DNA of 18,713 nucleotides from a virus: UHGV virus genome UHGV-0067992; one strand, 5' to 3'. Shown piece by piece: positions 1 to 8,860 of this stretch (position 1 is its first letter; each line of letters starts with the position of its first letter). The notes under the pieces were generated by a model. It saw only the letters and a program-made list of their open reading frames with translations, ran no database searches and was not told where the DNA came from. The position numbers and the translations under genes were made by a program.

Positions 1-35
1 CCGGCACCATGCAATGGCACATAGCGCCACTCTCC

Positions 36-62
36 AGCCCCTCTCCGGAGGGGCTGTTTATA
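36..62 (+). terminator. Rho-independent terminator: 8-bp GC stem AGCCCCTC / GAGGGGCT, loop TCCG, then GTTTATATT
   Basis: Perfect inverted repeat at 36-43 and 48-55 followed by a T-rich tract; read directly from sequence. Confidence 0.6.
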
Positions 63-90
63 TTGATTTTGTCAGATGTGAGTAAACTCC

Positions 91-426
91 TTATGGACTT
101 TGTTGTTTTAGCCCATAAGGACATATTTGCAGAGTGCAACGGTTATTAAAGCATTCATTCAATACGTTATCTGTATTTGTAGGGCATTCCTGGCTGTTTT
201 TGATTAAATTCCAGAATGTTTTATTGAATGGTACTACGTTGTAAATGGTTACAGGTAGCACTTTGTTATTGAGCATGATGCCTGTGTGAGTCAGTGTAAA
301 TATACTTTCAGGAGGTAAGAAAGCATCCGATTGATACCAGATTATTAATTTTATTTTACTCCATATGACTGAAAAAGATATTCCGCATGATGGCTGGATA
401 ACTGTATCAATCACAATCCACTTCAT
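91..426 (-). CDS. Hypothetical protein, 111 aa, Cys-rich, in AT-rich DNA
   Basis: ATG preceded on the minus strand by AAGGAAA about 6 nt upstream; a 111-codon open frame is unlikely by chance in such AT-rich sequence. No family recognised. Confidence 0.4.
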   Translation of the reverse strand: MKWIVIDTVIQPSCGISFSVIWSKIKLIIWYQSDAFLPPESIFTLTHTGIMLNNKVLPVTIYNVVPFNKTFWNLIKNSQECPTNTDNVLNECFNNRCTLQICPYGLKQQSP

Positions 427-686
427 TTAGTTTCCTTGTTTATGCCTTGCTGGTGATGTTCTGAAAAGTATAAATGATATTTTTGATTGTAAACCATAGA
501 GCAGAATTATTTTTCTGATGTTGTTTATTGTTTATTTAAATGCAGGGTGGTTTATATCTCGTCTTGTAGTTTATCCATGCATATCTGCTTGATGATGAGG
601 TTTTTATTTAAGGTATGGTTTTGTGTTTTTTCTGTATTACATGTCAGGTATTTTAAAGAATCATTTTTCAGATGGTGGAAAGAACC

Positions 687-2630
687 ATGGCATTTAAACA
701 CTATGATGTTGTCAGGGCGGCGTCGCCGTCAGATCTTGCGGAAAAGCTGACACATAAACTGAAAGAGGGCTGGCAGCCGTTTGGCAGTCCTGTGGCTATC
801 ACGCCTTATACACTGATGCAGGCCATTGCCGCAGAGGGTGATGTGACCACGCCTGTGGTTGTGCCCGACACAGGGGCTGGTGGCTCTCCGGGAGTGGCTA
901 CCACTGAACCGGAGTATTACTACGTTATTCCCCTGGCCGGGCAGTCGAACGGTATGGCCTATGGTGAGGGGCTTCCTCTGCCGGAGACCTATGATCGCCC
1001 TGACTCCCGTATTAAGCAGCTGGCCCGTCGCAGCACTGTGACGCCGGGTGGTGATACCTGTGCATACAATGACGTTATTCCGGCAGACCACTGTCTGCAT
1101 GATGTTCAGGACATGAGCGCACTTAACCATCCTCATGCAGACCTGAGTAAGGGCCAGTACGGGACTGTCGGTCAGGGGCTGCATATTGCCAAAAAACTGC
1201 TGCCTTATATCCCGCAGAATGCCGGGATTCTTCTGGTGCCCTGTTGCCGTGGCGGGTCTGGTTTAACCGTGGGTAATGACGGCACGTTCAGCGAAACGTC
1301 TGGTGCATCGGCAAATTCAGCCCGCTGGGGAGTGGGTAAACCGCTGTATCAGGATTTTCTCTTCCGTACAAAAGCGGCGCTGTCGAAGAACCCGAAAAAC
1401 AGGCTTCTGGCCGTGGTATGGATGCAGGGGGAAAATGATCTTGCGGACGGCAGTCAGCAGCACAGCGGCCTGTTTACCACTATGGTGCAGCAGTTCAGGG
1501 CTGATATGGCTGCATATTCTGCACAGTGTGTTGGCGGAAGTGCTGGCTCGGTGCCGTGGATTTGTGGTGACACCACGTATTACTGGAAGAATCTTAACGC
1601 CGATAAATATGAGGCGGTATATGGCGGTTACAAGGGCAGGGAAGCACAGAATATTTTCTTTGTACCGTTCCTGACGGATGAGAATGGACAGAGCACGCCA
1701 ACGAATGCTCCGGCGGAAGACCCGGATATTGTGGCTGTCGGGTATTACGGTGCAGCATCCCGAACCCAGGGCAGTTTTGTTTCGACACAGCGTGACAGCC
1801 ATTTCAGCTCATGGGCACGCAGGGGCGTCATTTCAGACCGTCTGGCCTCAGCTATTATGCTCCATGCAGGGCGCACGGCTGAATTGATGCGCGGGCAGAC
1901 CGTGACACCACCGGATGAGAAGCCGTCACCTGATACACCATCAAAACCGTCCACGCCACCCGCAGACACCACGACGATGAGTACGCTATTTGCTTACCGG
2001 GCATCTGAGTCTGAAGGACGGTTGACACCACAGGGTTGGGCTGCTGGAGGTGGCAAGGCTCAAATCGTGGATGATGCCGGAGCCAGCGGGGGTAAGGCAA
2101 TGAAACTGACCAAGGAAACAGGAAGAGCCCCCTGGTACCTTGAGCATGATGCTGGTAATGGTGCGGACCTGCTGGGTAAAGGTGGTCTTGTCAGTTGTCG
2201 TTTTAAACTCGATGGCGCGCTTACGGCTAATCAGTACGCACTGGCGCTGTACTGGCCGGTTTCTTCATTGCCTCAGGGTGTCACACTGGAAGGTAATGCC
2301 GGTAACAATCTGCTGGCGTCGTTTTACGTACAGAGCGATGCCACAGACCTCAACGTGATGTACCACAAGGGTAACGCTGACCAGAACACGAAGCTGGGGT
2401 CATTCGGCGCATTTGACAACGAATGGCATACGCTGGGTTTCCGTTTTGCCGGTAATAACAGCATTCAGGTGACGCCGGTGATTGATGGTCAGGATGGTGC
2501 ACCGTTCATGCTGTCGCAGTCTCCGGTAGGTTCTTTTGCGGCAGACAAATTACGTGTAACGGATATCACAAAAGCGGCGACGTATACGGTGCTGATTGAA
2601 AGTATAACAGTGGAAGTGAATAACCCGTAA
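687..2630 (+). CDS. nanS-p: NanS-p-type prophage sialate O-acetylesterase (N-terminal DUF1737-like region, SGNH/SASA esterase core, C-terminal non-catalytic domain)
   Basis: N-terminus MAFKHYDVVRAASPSDLAEKL...GWQPFGSPVAIT and the GQSN esterase motif in IPLAGQSNGMAYGEG; about 647 aa; sits immediately upstream of the lysis cassette as in lambdoid and Stx prophages. Start at ATG 687 chosen over ATG 672. Confidence 0.8.
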   Translation: MAFKHYDVVRAASPSDLAEKLTHKLKEGWQPFGSPVAITPYTLMQAIAAEGDVTTPVVVPDTGAGGSPGVATTEPEYYYVIPLAGQSNGMAYGEGLPLPETYDRPDSRIKQLARRSTVTPGGDTCAYNDVIPADHCLHDVQDMSALNHPHADLSKGQYGTVGQGLHIAKKLLPYIPQNAGILLVPCCRGGSGLTVGNDGTFSETSGASANSARWGVGKPLYQDFLFRTKAALSKNPKNRLLAVVWMQGENDLADGSQQHSGLFTTMVQQFRADMAAYSAQCVGGSAGSVPWICGDTTYYWKNLNADKYEAVYGGYKGREAQNIFFVPFLTDENGQSTPTNAPAEDPDIVAVGYYGAASRTQGSFVSTQRDSHFSSWARRGVISDRLASAIMLHAGRTAELMRGQTVTPPDEKPSPDTPSKPSTPPADTTTMSTLFAYRASESEGRLTPQGWAAGGGKAQIVDDAGASGGKAMKLTKETGRAPWYLEHDAGNGADLLGKGGLVSCRFKLDGALTANQYALALYWPVSSLPQGVTLEGNAGNNLLASFYVQSDATDLNVMYHKGNADQNTKLGSFGAFDNEWHTLGFRFAGNNSIQVTPVIDGQDGAPFMLSQSPVGSFAADKLRVTDITKAATYTVLIESITVEVNNP

Positions 2631-2778
2631 GCAGGAAAAAAAGACCGCCGTGGCAGGGAAAACAAGGAGCCAGAACCGGCGGCAGAAGTCGCTACATCCT
2701 TAGCAAAAATATGCTGAGCAAAAAATGCAGGAGTTTTTTACTGGCAGGCATTGACCATGTCAATAATGGAGATGAATA

Positions 2779-2961
2779 ATGACATTTTTACAGCTGATTA
2801 TGTTGTATTTCTGTACAGCAGTTTGTGTGCTGTATCTTCTTTCTGGTGGGTACAGAGTCGTGAGAGATTTCTGGCGCAGACAGATTGACAAAAGGGCCGC
2901 TGAGAAAATCAGTGCCAGTCAGTCAGCCGGAACAAAACCCGAAGAGCCTCTCATTCCGTAG
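2779..2961 (+). CDS. Hypothetical small membrane protein, 60 aa, one predicted TM helix
   Basis: ATG with GGAG about 7 nt upstream; hydrophobic stretch LIMLYFCTAVCVLYLLSGG followed by a basic region. Confidence 0.35.
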   Translation: MTFLQLIMLYFCTAVCVLYLLSGGYRVVRDFWRRQIDKRAAEKISASQSAGTKPEEPLIP

Positions 2962-2998
2962 CAACTTTCTTAACAACACCTTTCAACGAGAAAATACC

Positions 2999-3268
2999 AT
3001 GTCAGAAATAAAATCGCTGGTCACTGCTGAAGCAGTGAAGGAAGTCCTGCGCTCTGAAGAAGTCAGAAGCGCACTGAAACAGCAACTTCGGCAGAACCTT
3101 GAGGCGCGTCTTGATGCAGAAGTGGATGCCATTCTGGATGAACTGCTGGGCGCACCGACTGTTCCGGAGCCGGAAGGCATTGCGGATGACAGTGCTGTTT
3201 CAGATGGCGTCGGGTCTCAGCCTGATGGTAGCAGTGAGCCTCAGCCTGACGGCGAAATGATGATGTAA
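2999..3268 (+). CDS. Hypothetical acidic protein, 89 aa, helical N-terminal part and Asp/Glu/Pro-rich tail
   Basis: ATG at 2999 inside a longer TTG-initiated open frame; weak SD; no family recognised. Confidence 0.4.
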   Translation: MSEIKSLVTAEAVKEVLRSEEVRSALKQQLRQNLEARLDAEVDAILDELLGAPTVPEPEGIADDSAVSDGVGSQPDGSSEPQPDGEMMM

Positions 3269-3343
3269 CCATGCGCAGGGGCTGTCGGTGTGAGCTGATG
3301 CCCCTCTTGTTGTTGTGAGCTTCCGGATTGCGGGAGACGGGGT

Positions 3344-3559
3344 ATGTACCAGATGGAAAAAATCACAACAGGTGTGTCATACACCACGTCAGCGGTGGGA
3401 ACGGGCTACTGGTTCCTGCAGTTGCTGGACAGGGTTTCCCCGTCTCAGTGGGCGGCAATAGGCGTGCTGGGGAGTCTGCTGTTTGGGCTGCTGACATATC
3501 TGACTAACCTGTATTTCAAAATCAGAGAGGACCGTCGTAAGGCGGCGCGGGGAGAGTAA
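3344..3559 (+). CDS. S: Class II holin, phage 21 S (pinholin) family, 71 aa
   Basis: Near-identical in pattern to S21: weakly hydrophobic Gly/Ala-rich TMD1, TMD2 [24 protein letters not shown]-terminus [13 protein letters not shown]; Met1/Met4 dual-start motif MYQMEK. Confidence 0.85.
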   Translation: MYQMEKITTGVSYTTSAVGTGYWFLQLLDRVSPSQWAAIGVLGSLLFGLLTYLTNLYFKIREDRRKAARGE

Positions 3560-3563
3560 AGCG

Positions 3564-4556
3564 ATGAAGAAAAAATACGAACTGGTTGTTAAAGGGATAA
3601 ATAATTACCCGAATAAGATTACTGTTACTGTGGCACTGGAAATTGGTGGGTATCCGTCACTGTTGTTGCCAGATGTGGCGATTAGTCTTGACCGTACTGA
3701 AGGTGCCACGCTGGAGTTTTACGAAGCTGAGGCGAAAAAGCAGGCGAAGCAGTTTTTCATGGATATTGCTGCCGGGTTATGTGAAGGGGATGAACCGTTG
3801 CCAGAAAAGCGCCCCATAATTTTAGAGGCGCAGGATGTGTTGATAACCTACAAAGGAAAGCTACCGGGAAGAATTACTGATGCTCTGAAGATGCCGCCGT
3901 CAACACTGCGGTCAGAAAAAGATGATATTGAATCACGCATTGAAAAACTGGAGTGCTGTGTTACTGAATTGAAAAAAAGCATCCCAACAAAAAATGAGGT
4001 GCTTGCAGCAGATGAAATGAAAGAAACTATTCTTGAATTAGCTGCGCGCCTGAACTGCGCTTCACTGTTGAAAGAGCATTTTCAGCAGCCTGAAAAAAAA
4101 CGCCGCGATGAGCAGCAGTTTGCGGCGTTTTACGATTATTGCCGGAAAGTGATGAGCAGAAATCTCGCAGAGTGTTTCAGTATTCATAATGATAATTTCA
4201 GTGAGCTGGAATGGGAGTGTAACCGGCCATCCTTTGTTGTATCCGGTGATGGTGGGAAAATAACCATCTCAGAAAATGGGAAAGTAACACCTCCATCGCA
4301 CCAGCACAGTGAGGAGCTCATTGAATTTGCCATTGATTACCTGAAGAACAATAAAAAGCAGGGGCTGATGAAGCGCGTTGGCCGTTGCATGGGATATCTG
4401 CAGGTAGCTGCTGAGATTGAAGCGCTTGCCAGTGGTGCAGACAGGGATACTGCGGTGCGTGAGGTCCTTCTTCGTGATTTCAATACTCCGCCCTTTAAGA
4501 AAGAGCCTGATGGCTGGCTCCAGCCGGGGCTGAATTATCTCAAAGGGCGGATATAA
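3564..4556 (+). CDS. Hypothetical protein, 330 aa, unknown function; low-GC insert between holin and endolysin
   Basis: ATG 5 nt after the S stop with SD GGAGAG; long uninterrupted frame; Glu/Lys-rich predicted helical region (EKDDIESRIEKLECCVTELKK); no TM segment or catalytic motif recognised. Confidence 0.7.
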   Translation: MKKKYELVVKGINNYPNKITVTVALEIGGYPSLLLPDVAISLDRTEGATLEFYEAEAKKQAKQFFMDIAAGLCEGDEPLPEKRPIILEAQDVLITYKGKLPGRITDALKMPPSTLRSEKDDIESRIEKLECCVTELKKSIPTKNEVLAADEMKETILELAARLNCASLLKEHFQQPEKKRRDEQQFAAFYDYCRKVMSRNLAECFSIHNDNFSELEWECNRPSFVVSGDGGKITISENGKVTPPSHQHSEELIEFAIDYLKNNKKQGLMKRVGRCMGYLQVAAEIEALASGADRDTAVREVLLRDFNTPPFKKEPDGWLQPGLNYLKGRI

Positions 4557-4562
4557 GTACTG

Positions 4563-4877
4563 TTATCTGTTACCTGATAATTGTCTGAACAGGCGATCTT
4601 TTTGTGATTTGGCGTAATGATTATCCCATTCGCAATCAAGGTAACTTAATTCTTCATTTAACCAGTCATCTATATTGTCTTTCAGGCGAAGGAGCAAGGT
4701 TGGTGTTAATGCTCCGGATATAATACTGAGAGTTGCAGTAGTGAGAGCTCCATACGGTTCAGCCTGAATGGCCTTTACTGCTTCGTGTTCTTGCGGGAGG
4801 AGTAAAAGGCATTCCGATTTTACCCGCTCATTTATGGCTTGCAGGCATAAATCATAATTATGTTGATCGTTATGCAT
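4563..4877 (-). CDS. Hypothetical protein, 104 aa, unknown function; convergent partner of the 330-aa ORF
   Basis: ATG preceded on the minus strand by GAGGA about 7 nt upstream; stop lies 6 nt from the stop of the 3564-4556 ORF; low GC. Confidence 0.55.
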   Translation of the reverse strand: MHNDQHNYDLCLQAINERVKSECLLLLPQEHEAVKAIQAEPYGALTTATLSIISGALTPTLLLRLKDNIDDWLNEELSYLDCEWDNHYAKSQKDRLFRQLSGNR

Positions 4878-4890
4878 GGTTAATCCTCTA

Positions 4891-4914
4891 CTGAAATTGT
4901 CAGATATATTTCAG
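4891..4914. promoter_or_regulatory. Perfect 7-bp inverted repeat CTGAAAT-N10-ATTTCAG in the leader of the reverse 104-aa gene (candidate operator)
   Basis: Read directly; located 14-37 nt upstream of the minus-strand start codon. Confidence 0.3.
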
Positions 4915-5005
4915 CCATCAGGAAAAACGCCAGTGTCCTACCTCTGGCGGGCTGAAGATTTAACATATCCAGGGATTCGGAACCGATAAATCCTGATAAA
5001 TATCC

Positions 5006-6033
<1,028 letters not shown>

Positions 6034-6254
6034 GGTAATATTAAATCGGAACATTTACATCGCGGAATGTAAAATTTAAATAAAAAGGACTCTTCCATGA
6101 GCCAAAATTCCTGAAATCTTAAGGGTAAGATAAAAGGTCTTAATCAGAATGACACGTTTTATTAATAAATAAAGCTATTCTTTCATTGCTGTGTTTTTCT
6201 TTACAAAAGTAATCCTTGCTATGGGTGGTTAATCATGCGTTAATGGTGTTCTGG

Positions 6255-6293
6255 TTTGTTACAAATTTATCTGAAGCAGTCATTGTTATAATT
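6255..6293 (+). promoter_or_regulatory. Candidate extended -10 promoter (TGtTATAAT at 6284-6292) for the cold-shock gene, giving a leader of roughly 100 nt
   Basis: Extended -10 read directly; -35 is poor; csp-family genes characteristically have long AT-rich leaders. Confidence 0.3.
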
Positions 6294-6395
6294 TTATTAT
6301 TTGTACCTCTTGAGATTTCCTTGTTGGTTTTTCTCTCTGATATTTTTTTTCGGACCATTCTGCCCAAGGGCTAATTTCTTCAAAAGGTAATAATT

Positions 6396-6608
6396 ATGTC
6401 TAACAAAATGACTGGTTTAGTGAAATGGTTTAACCCTGAAAAAGGTTTTGGTTTCATCACGCCGAAAGATGGCAGCAAAGATGTGTTTGTCCATTTCTCA
6501 GCAATTCAGAGCAACGATTTCAAAACATTAACTGAGAATCAGGAAGTTGAATTTGGTATTGAGAACGGACCTAAAGGTCCTGCCGCTGTTCATGTAGTGG
6601 CGCTTTGA
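6396..6608 (+). CDS. cspI: CspA-family cold-shock protein, 70 aa, prophage-borne
   Basis: [38 protein letters not shown] carries the RNP1/RNP2-like cold-shock motifs (KGFGFI, VFVHF); matches E. coli CspI as I recall it. Confidence 0.85.
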   Translation: MSNKMTGLVKWFNPEKGFGFITPKDGSKDVFVHFSAIQSNDFKTLTENQEVEFGIENGPKGPAAVHVVAL

Positions 6609-6812
6609 GGTAGACAATATTACAAACCATATTCACTTTAGATGCCCGTGTTGTCATGGTTCCCAGTATAGAACATCATCTTTTGATGTTTCTGACATGA
6701 ATCCTTTCGGGGCAAAATGTATCTTTTGTAAATCAATGATGATTACATTTGATAATATTTCACAATACTTAAATGCCAGCCGTCTGTCGTTGGATTTAAA
6801 AAAGTGAAAATG

Positions 6813-6836
6813 AAGGCTCCTTCGGGAGCTTTTTTG
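6813..6836 (+). terminator. Rho-independent terminator: stem GCTCC / GGAGC, loop TTCG, T6 tract
   Basis: Read directly; about 200 nt downstream of the csp gene and preceded by an A-run. Confidence 0.45.
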
Positions 6837-6879
6837 CTTGGTATCTATTCGATGGATACTCACATACTACGGTAACATC

Positions 6880-7110
6880 ATGAAAAAAATCATAGTTTTT
6901 TTTAACTCTGAACCAGCAGTGGTAGTGCCAGCGATGACTGGAGTTAACACCATCATGCGTGAATATCCAAATGGCGAAAAAACACACCTTACTGTAATGG
7001 CCGCAGGGTTTCCATCTCTGACCGGAGATCATAAAGTCATTTATGTAGCCGCGGATCGACATGTTACTTCAGAAGAAATTCTGGAAGCAGCAATAAGGCT
7101 CTTGAGTTGA
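6880..7110 (+). CDS. Hypothetical protein, 76 aa
   Basis: ATG-initiated frame (MKKIIVFF...); weak SD; no family recognised. Confidence 0.35.
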   Translation: MKKIIVFFNSEPAVVVPAMTGVNTIMREYPNGEKTHLTVMAAGFPSLTGDHKVIYVAADRHVTSEEILEAAIRLLS

Positions 7111-7278
7111 TTTGATGCTATTGTATTGATAATTCAGGAAAATTCTCTTTGTCTGTTTGTGTAAAATTTAGACTATCGTATGTTGATTATTGCGATGTTT
7201 CATCTTATCTTTTACACGTTTGCACCATATAATCGACTTACTGTGTAACTGGAAAGTCATAACAGACTAAAAGAGGAA

Positions 7279-7455
7279 ATGATGAATATTGAAAACTTAA
7301 AAACAAAAGCAGAAGCAGATATTTCTGAATATATAACAAAAAAAATTATTGAACTTAAGAAAAAGACCGGGAAAGAAGTTACCAGTATTCAGTTTACCGC
7401 ACGGGAAAAAATGACGGGTCTTGAAAGCTATGATGTCAAGATTAATTTAATCTGA
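7279..7455 (+). CDS. gnsB: GnsA/GnsB-family small protein, 58 aa (not in the supplied ORF track because it is under 60 aa)
   Basis: Translation MMNIENLKTKAEADISEYITKKIIELKKKTGKEVTSIQFTAREKMTGLESYDVKINLI closely resembles E. coli GnsB/GnsA; SD AAGAGG at 7271-7276. Confidence 0.8.
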   Translation: MMNIENLKTKAEADISEYITKKIIELKKKTGKEVTSIQFTAREKMTGLESYDVKINLI

Positions 7456-7484
7456 TGTATTCAATAATAAAATTTATCCATAAA

Positions 7485-7507
7485 CCTCGTTTTTACGGGG
7501 TTTTGTT
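7485..7507 (+). terminator. Rho-independent terminator: CCTCGT-TTTT-ACGGGG then TTTTGTT
   Basis: Read directly; 30 nt downstream of the gnsB-like stop; stem contains one G-U pair. Confidence 0.45.
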
Positions 7508-7606
7508 ATATTTGAATGGTTCCGAATATCTAAATCACAATTGTTGATGGTTTTTATTAAACCAATGCAGTCCGGCTCAGGAGTGAGAGAAGCCGGACGT
7601 TATGGT

Positions 7607-8017
7607 TTAGCGTGGTAAGATCTGTGTAGTTTTCTGGATGCTTTCAGTAAATAGTAATGAATTATCAAAGGTATAGTAATATCTTTTTTGTTCGTGGATA
7701 TTTGTAACCCACCGAAAAACTCCTGCTTTAGCAAGGTTTCTTCTGTATTCCTGAAATGTGATCTCTCTGGATTTCAGCTTATTAGAGGTCGTTTCTATAA
7801 GATGCCTATCCTTTGAAAATTTGACAGACACAATGTTTTTTAGGCCCTTTAATAACACTGTATTATCATTTTTTAATACAATATGAACATTCTCTGTGGC
7901 TAAATAGTAAATGTAATGTGAGACATTGTGACGTTTTAGCTCAGAATAAAATAATTCACAGTTTAAATCTTTACGCACTTGATCGAATATTTCTTTAAAA
8001 ATGGCAGCCTGAGCCAT
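7607..8017 (-). CDS. ydfO: DUF1398-family protein (YdfO-like), 136 aa
   Basis: Strong resemblance to E. coli Qin-prophage YdfO ([84 protein letters not shown]); start placed at the Met with an AAGG SD rather than the upstream Met at 8032. Confidence 0.8.
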   Translation of the reverse strand: MAQAAIFKEIFDQVRKDLNCELFYSELKRHNVSHYIYYLATENVHIVLKNDNTVLLKGLKNIVSVKFSKDRHLIETTSNKLKSREITFQEYRRNLAKAGVFRWVTNIHEQKRYYYTFDNSLLFTESIQKTTQILPR

Positions 8018-8317
8018 TGGTAAACCTTCCATGTGATACGATGGCGCGTAGTTAGCATTATCGTGTTTATTGTTTCAATCTGGTCTGACCTCTTTGTGTT
8101 TTGTTGATGATTTATGTCAAATATTAAGCCTGTTTTTGATGAATAGTGTTGATTGCGTAACAAAATTGAGCCTTGCTGGCATCCAGGAGGGATATGCAAC
8201 CGACAGATGTATGTAAGGTCGATGTACTCAAACTTTCATACTTTTCCTCTTTTATGCAGTAAGATTTGAAGTAATATTTTAACCGCTAGATGACGAGCAA
8301 ACGCATGGAGCGACAAA

Positions 8318-8524
8318 ATGAATAAAGAACAATCTGCTGATGAACTCTCGTTGGATCTGATTCGTGTAAAAAATATGCTTAATAGCACCATTTCTATGAG
8401 TTACCCGGATGTTGTAATTGCATGTATAGAACATCAAGTGTCTCTGGAAGCATTCAGGGCAATTGAGGCCGCGTTAGTAAAGCACGATAAGAATACGAAG
8501 GATTATTCCCTGGTGGTTGACTGA
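8318..8524 (+). CDS. Hypothetical protein, 68 aa, divergent from the ydfO-like gene
   Basis: ATG with GGAG 7 nt upstream; no family recognised. Confidence 0.45.
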   Translation: MNKEQSADELSLDLIRVKNMLNSTISMSYPDVVIACIEHQVSLEAFRAIEAALVKHDKNTKDYSLVVD

Positions 8525-8860
8525 GCACCATAACTGCTAATCATTCAAACTATTTCACCTGTGACAGAGTCAATATCGCATTCTGTCACTGTCAGGCTAA
8601 TACAGCAATGCAATTCAACTACAGCAATGCCTCGTATTTAGGTGAATTTACAATATCGTCCAGTTCGGATGCCGGCTGCATTTCTGAAGATAAGGCATTT
8701 CGGTTCGCGTATTTTCCCCTCATGCTCGTCAGTCCTGTGCGTAGGAAGAAACAGGACACTCACACTAATTTGTGTGGGCATGCTGTGATGTCCTTCTGAA
8801 TTATTCCTATGCCATTATGTAAAGCGCTGTATCAGATGCTCGTCACGGCTGTCAGGCTGT

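Noticed and set aside
1-670. tRNA genes or stx-like toxin genes upstream of the esterase, as in Stx-converting phages
   Set aside because: The segment is AT-rich with no GC-rich cloverleaf-like stems and no long plus-strand ORF; nothing resembling a tRNA or an AB5 toxin operon was seen.
547-750. 67-aa plus-strand ORF overlapping the start of the esterase gene
   Set aside because: Lies in AT-rich DNA, overlaps the far better supported esterase start and has no recognisable RBS; treated as a chance ORF.
729-2358. Series of minus- and plus-strand ORFs (60-161 aa) nested inside the esterase gene
   Set aside because: All are contained in the well-supported 647-aa esterase frame and have Arg/Cys-rich, low-complexity translations typical of off-frame reads of GC-rich coding DNA.
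2751-2768. TTGACC plus ATAAT elements upstream of the 60-aa ORF as a promoter
   Set aside because: Spacing between the -35-like and -10-like hexamers is only about 6 nt, incompatible with a sigma-70 promoter.
6054-6073. Inverted repeat TTTACAT-N6-ATGTAAA just after the Rz stop
   Set aside because: Short AT-only stem with weak predicted stability; such palindromes occur readily in AT-rich DNA, so not reported as a feature.
6654-7062. Two overlapping minus-strand ORFs (69 and 88 aa) downstream of the cold-shock gene
   Set aside because: AT-rich region, no convincing RBS, and they overlap the plus-strand terminator and the 76-aa plus-strand ORF; kept only the plus-strand ATG-initiated frame, itself at low confidence.
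7963-8199. 78-aa minus-strand ORF upstream of the ydfO-like gene
   Set aside because: Overlaps the ydfO-like start region, no RBS, and sits in the AT-rich divergent control region.
8608-8799. 63-aa plus-strand ORF upstream of cos
   Set aside because: No RBS, unconvincing translation, lies in the region approaching cos where coding is not expected.
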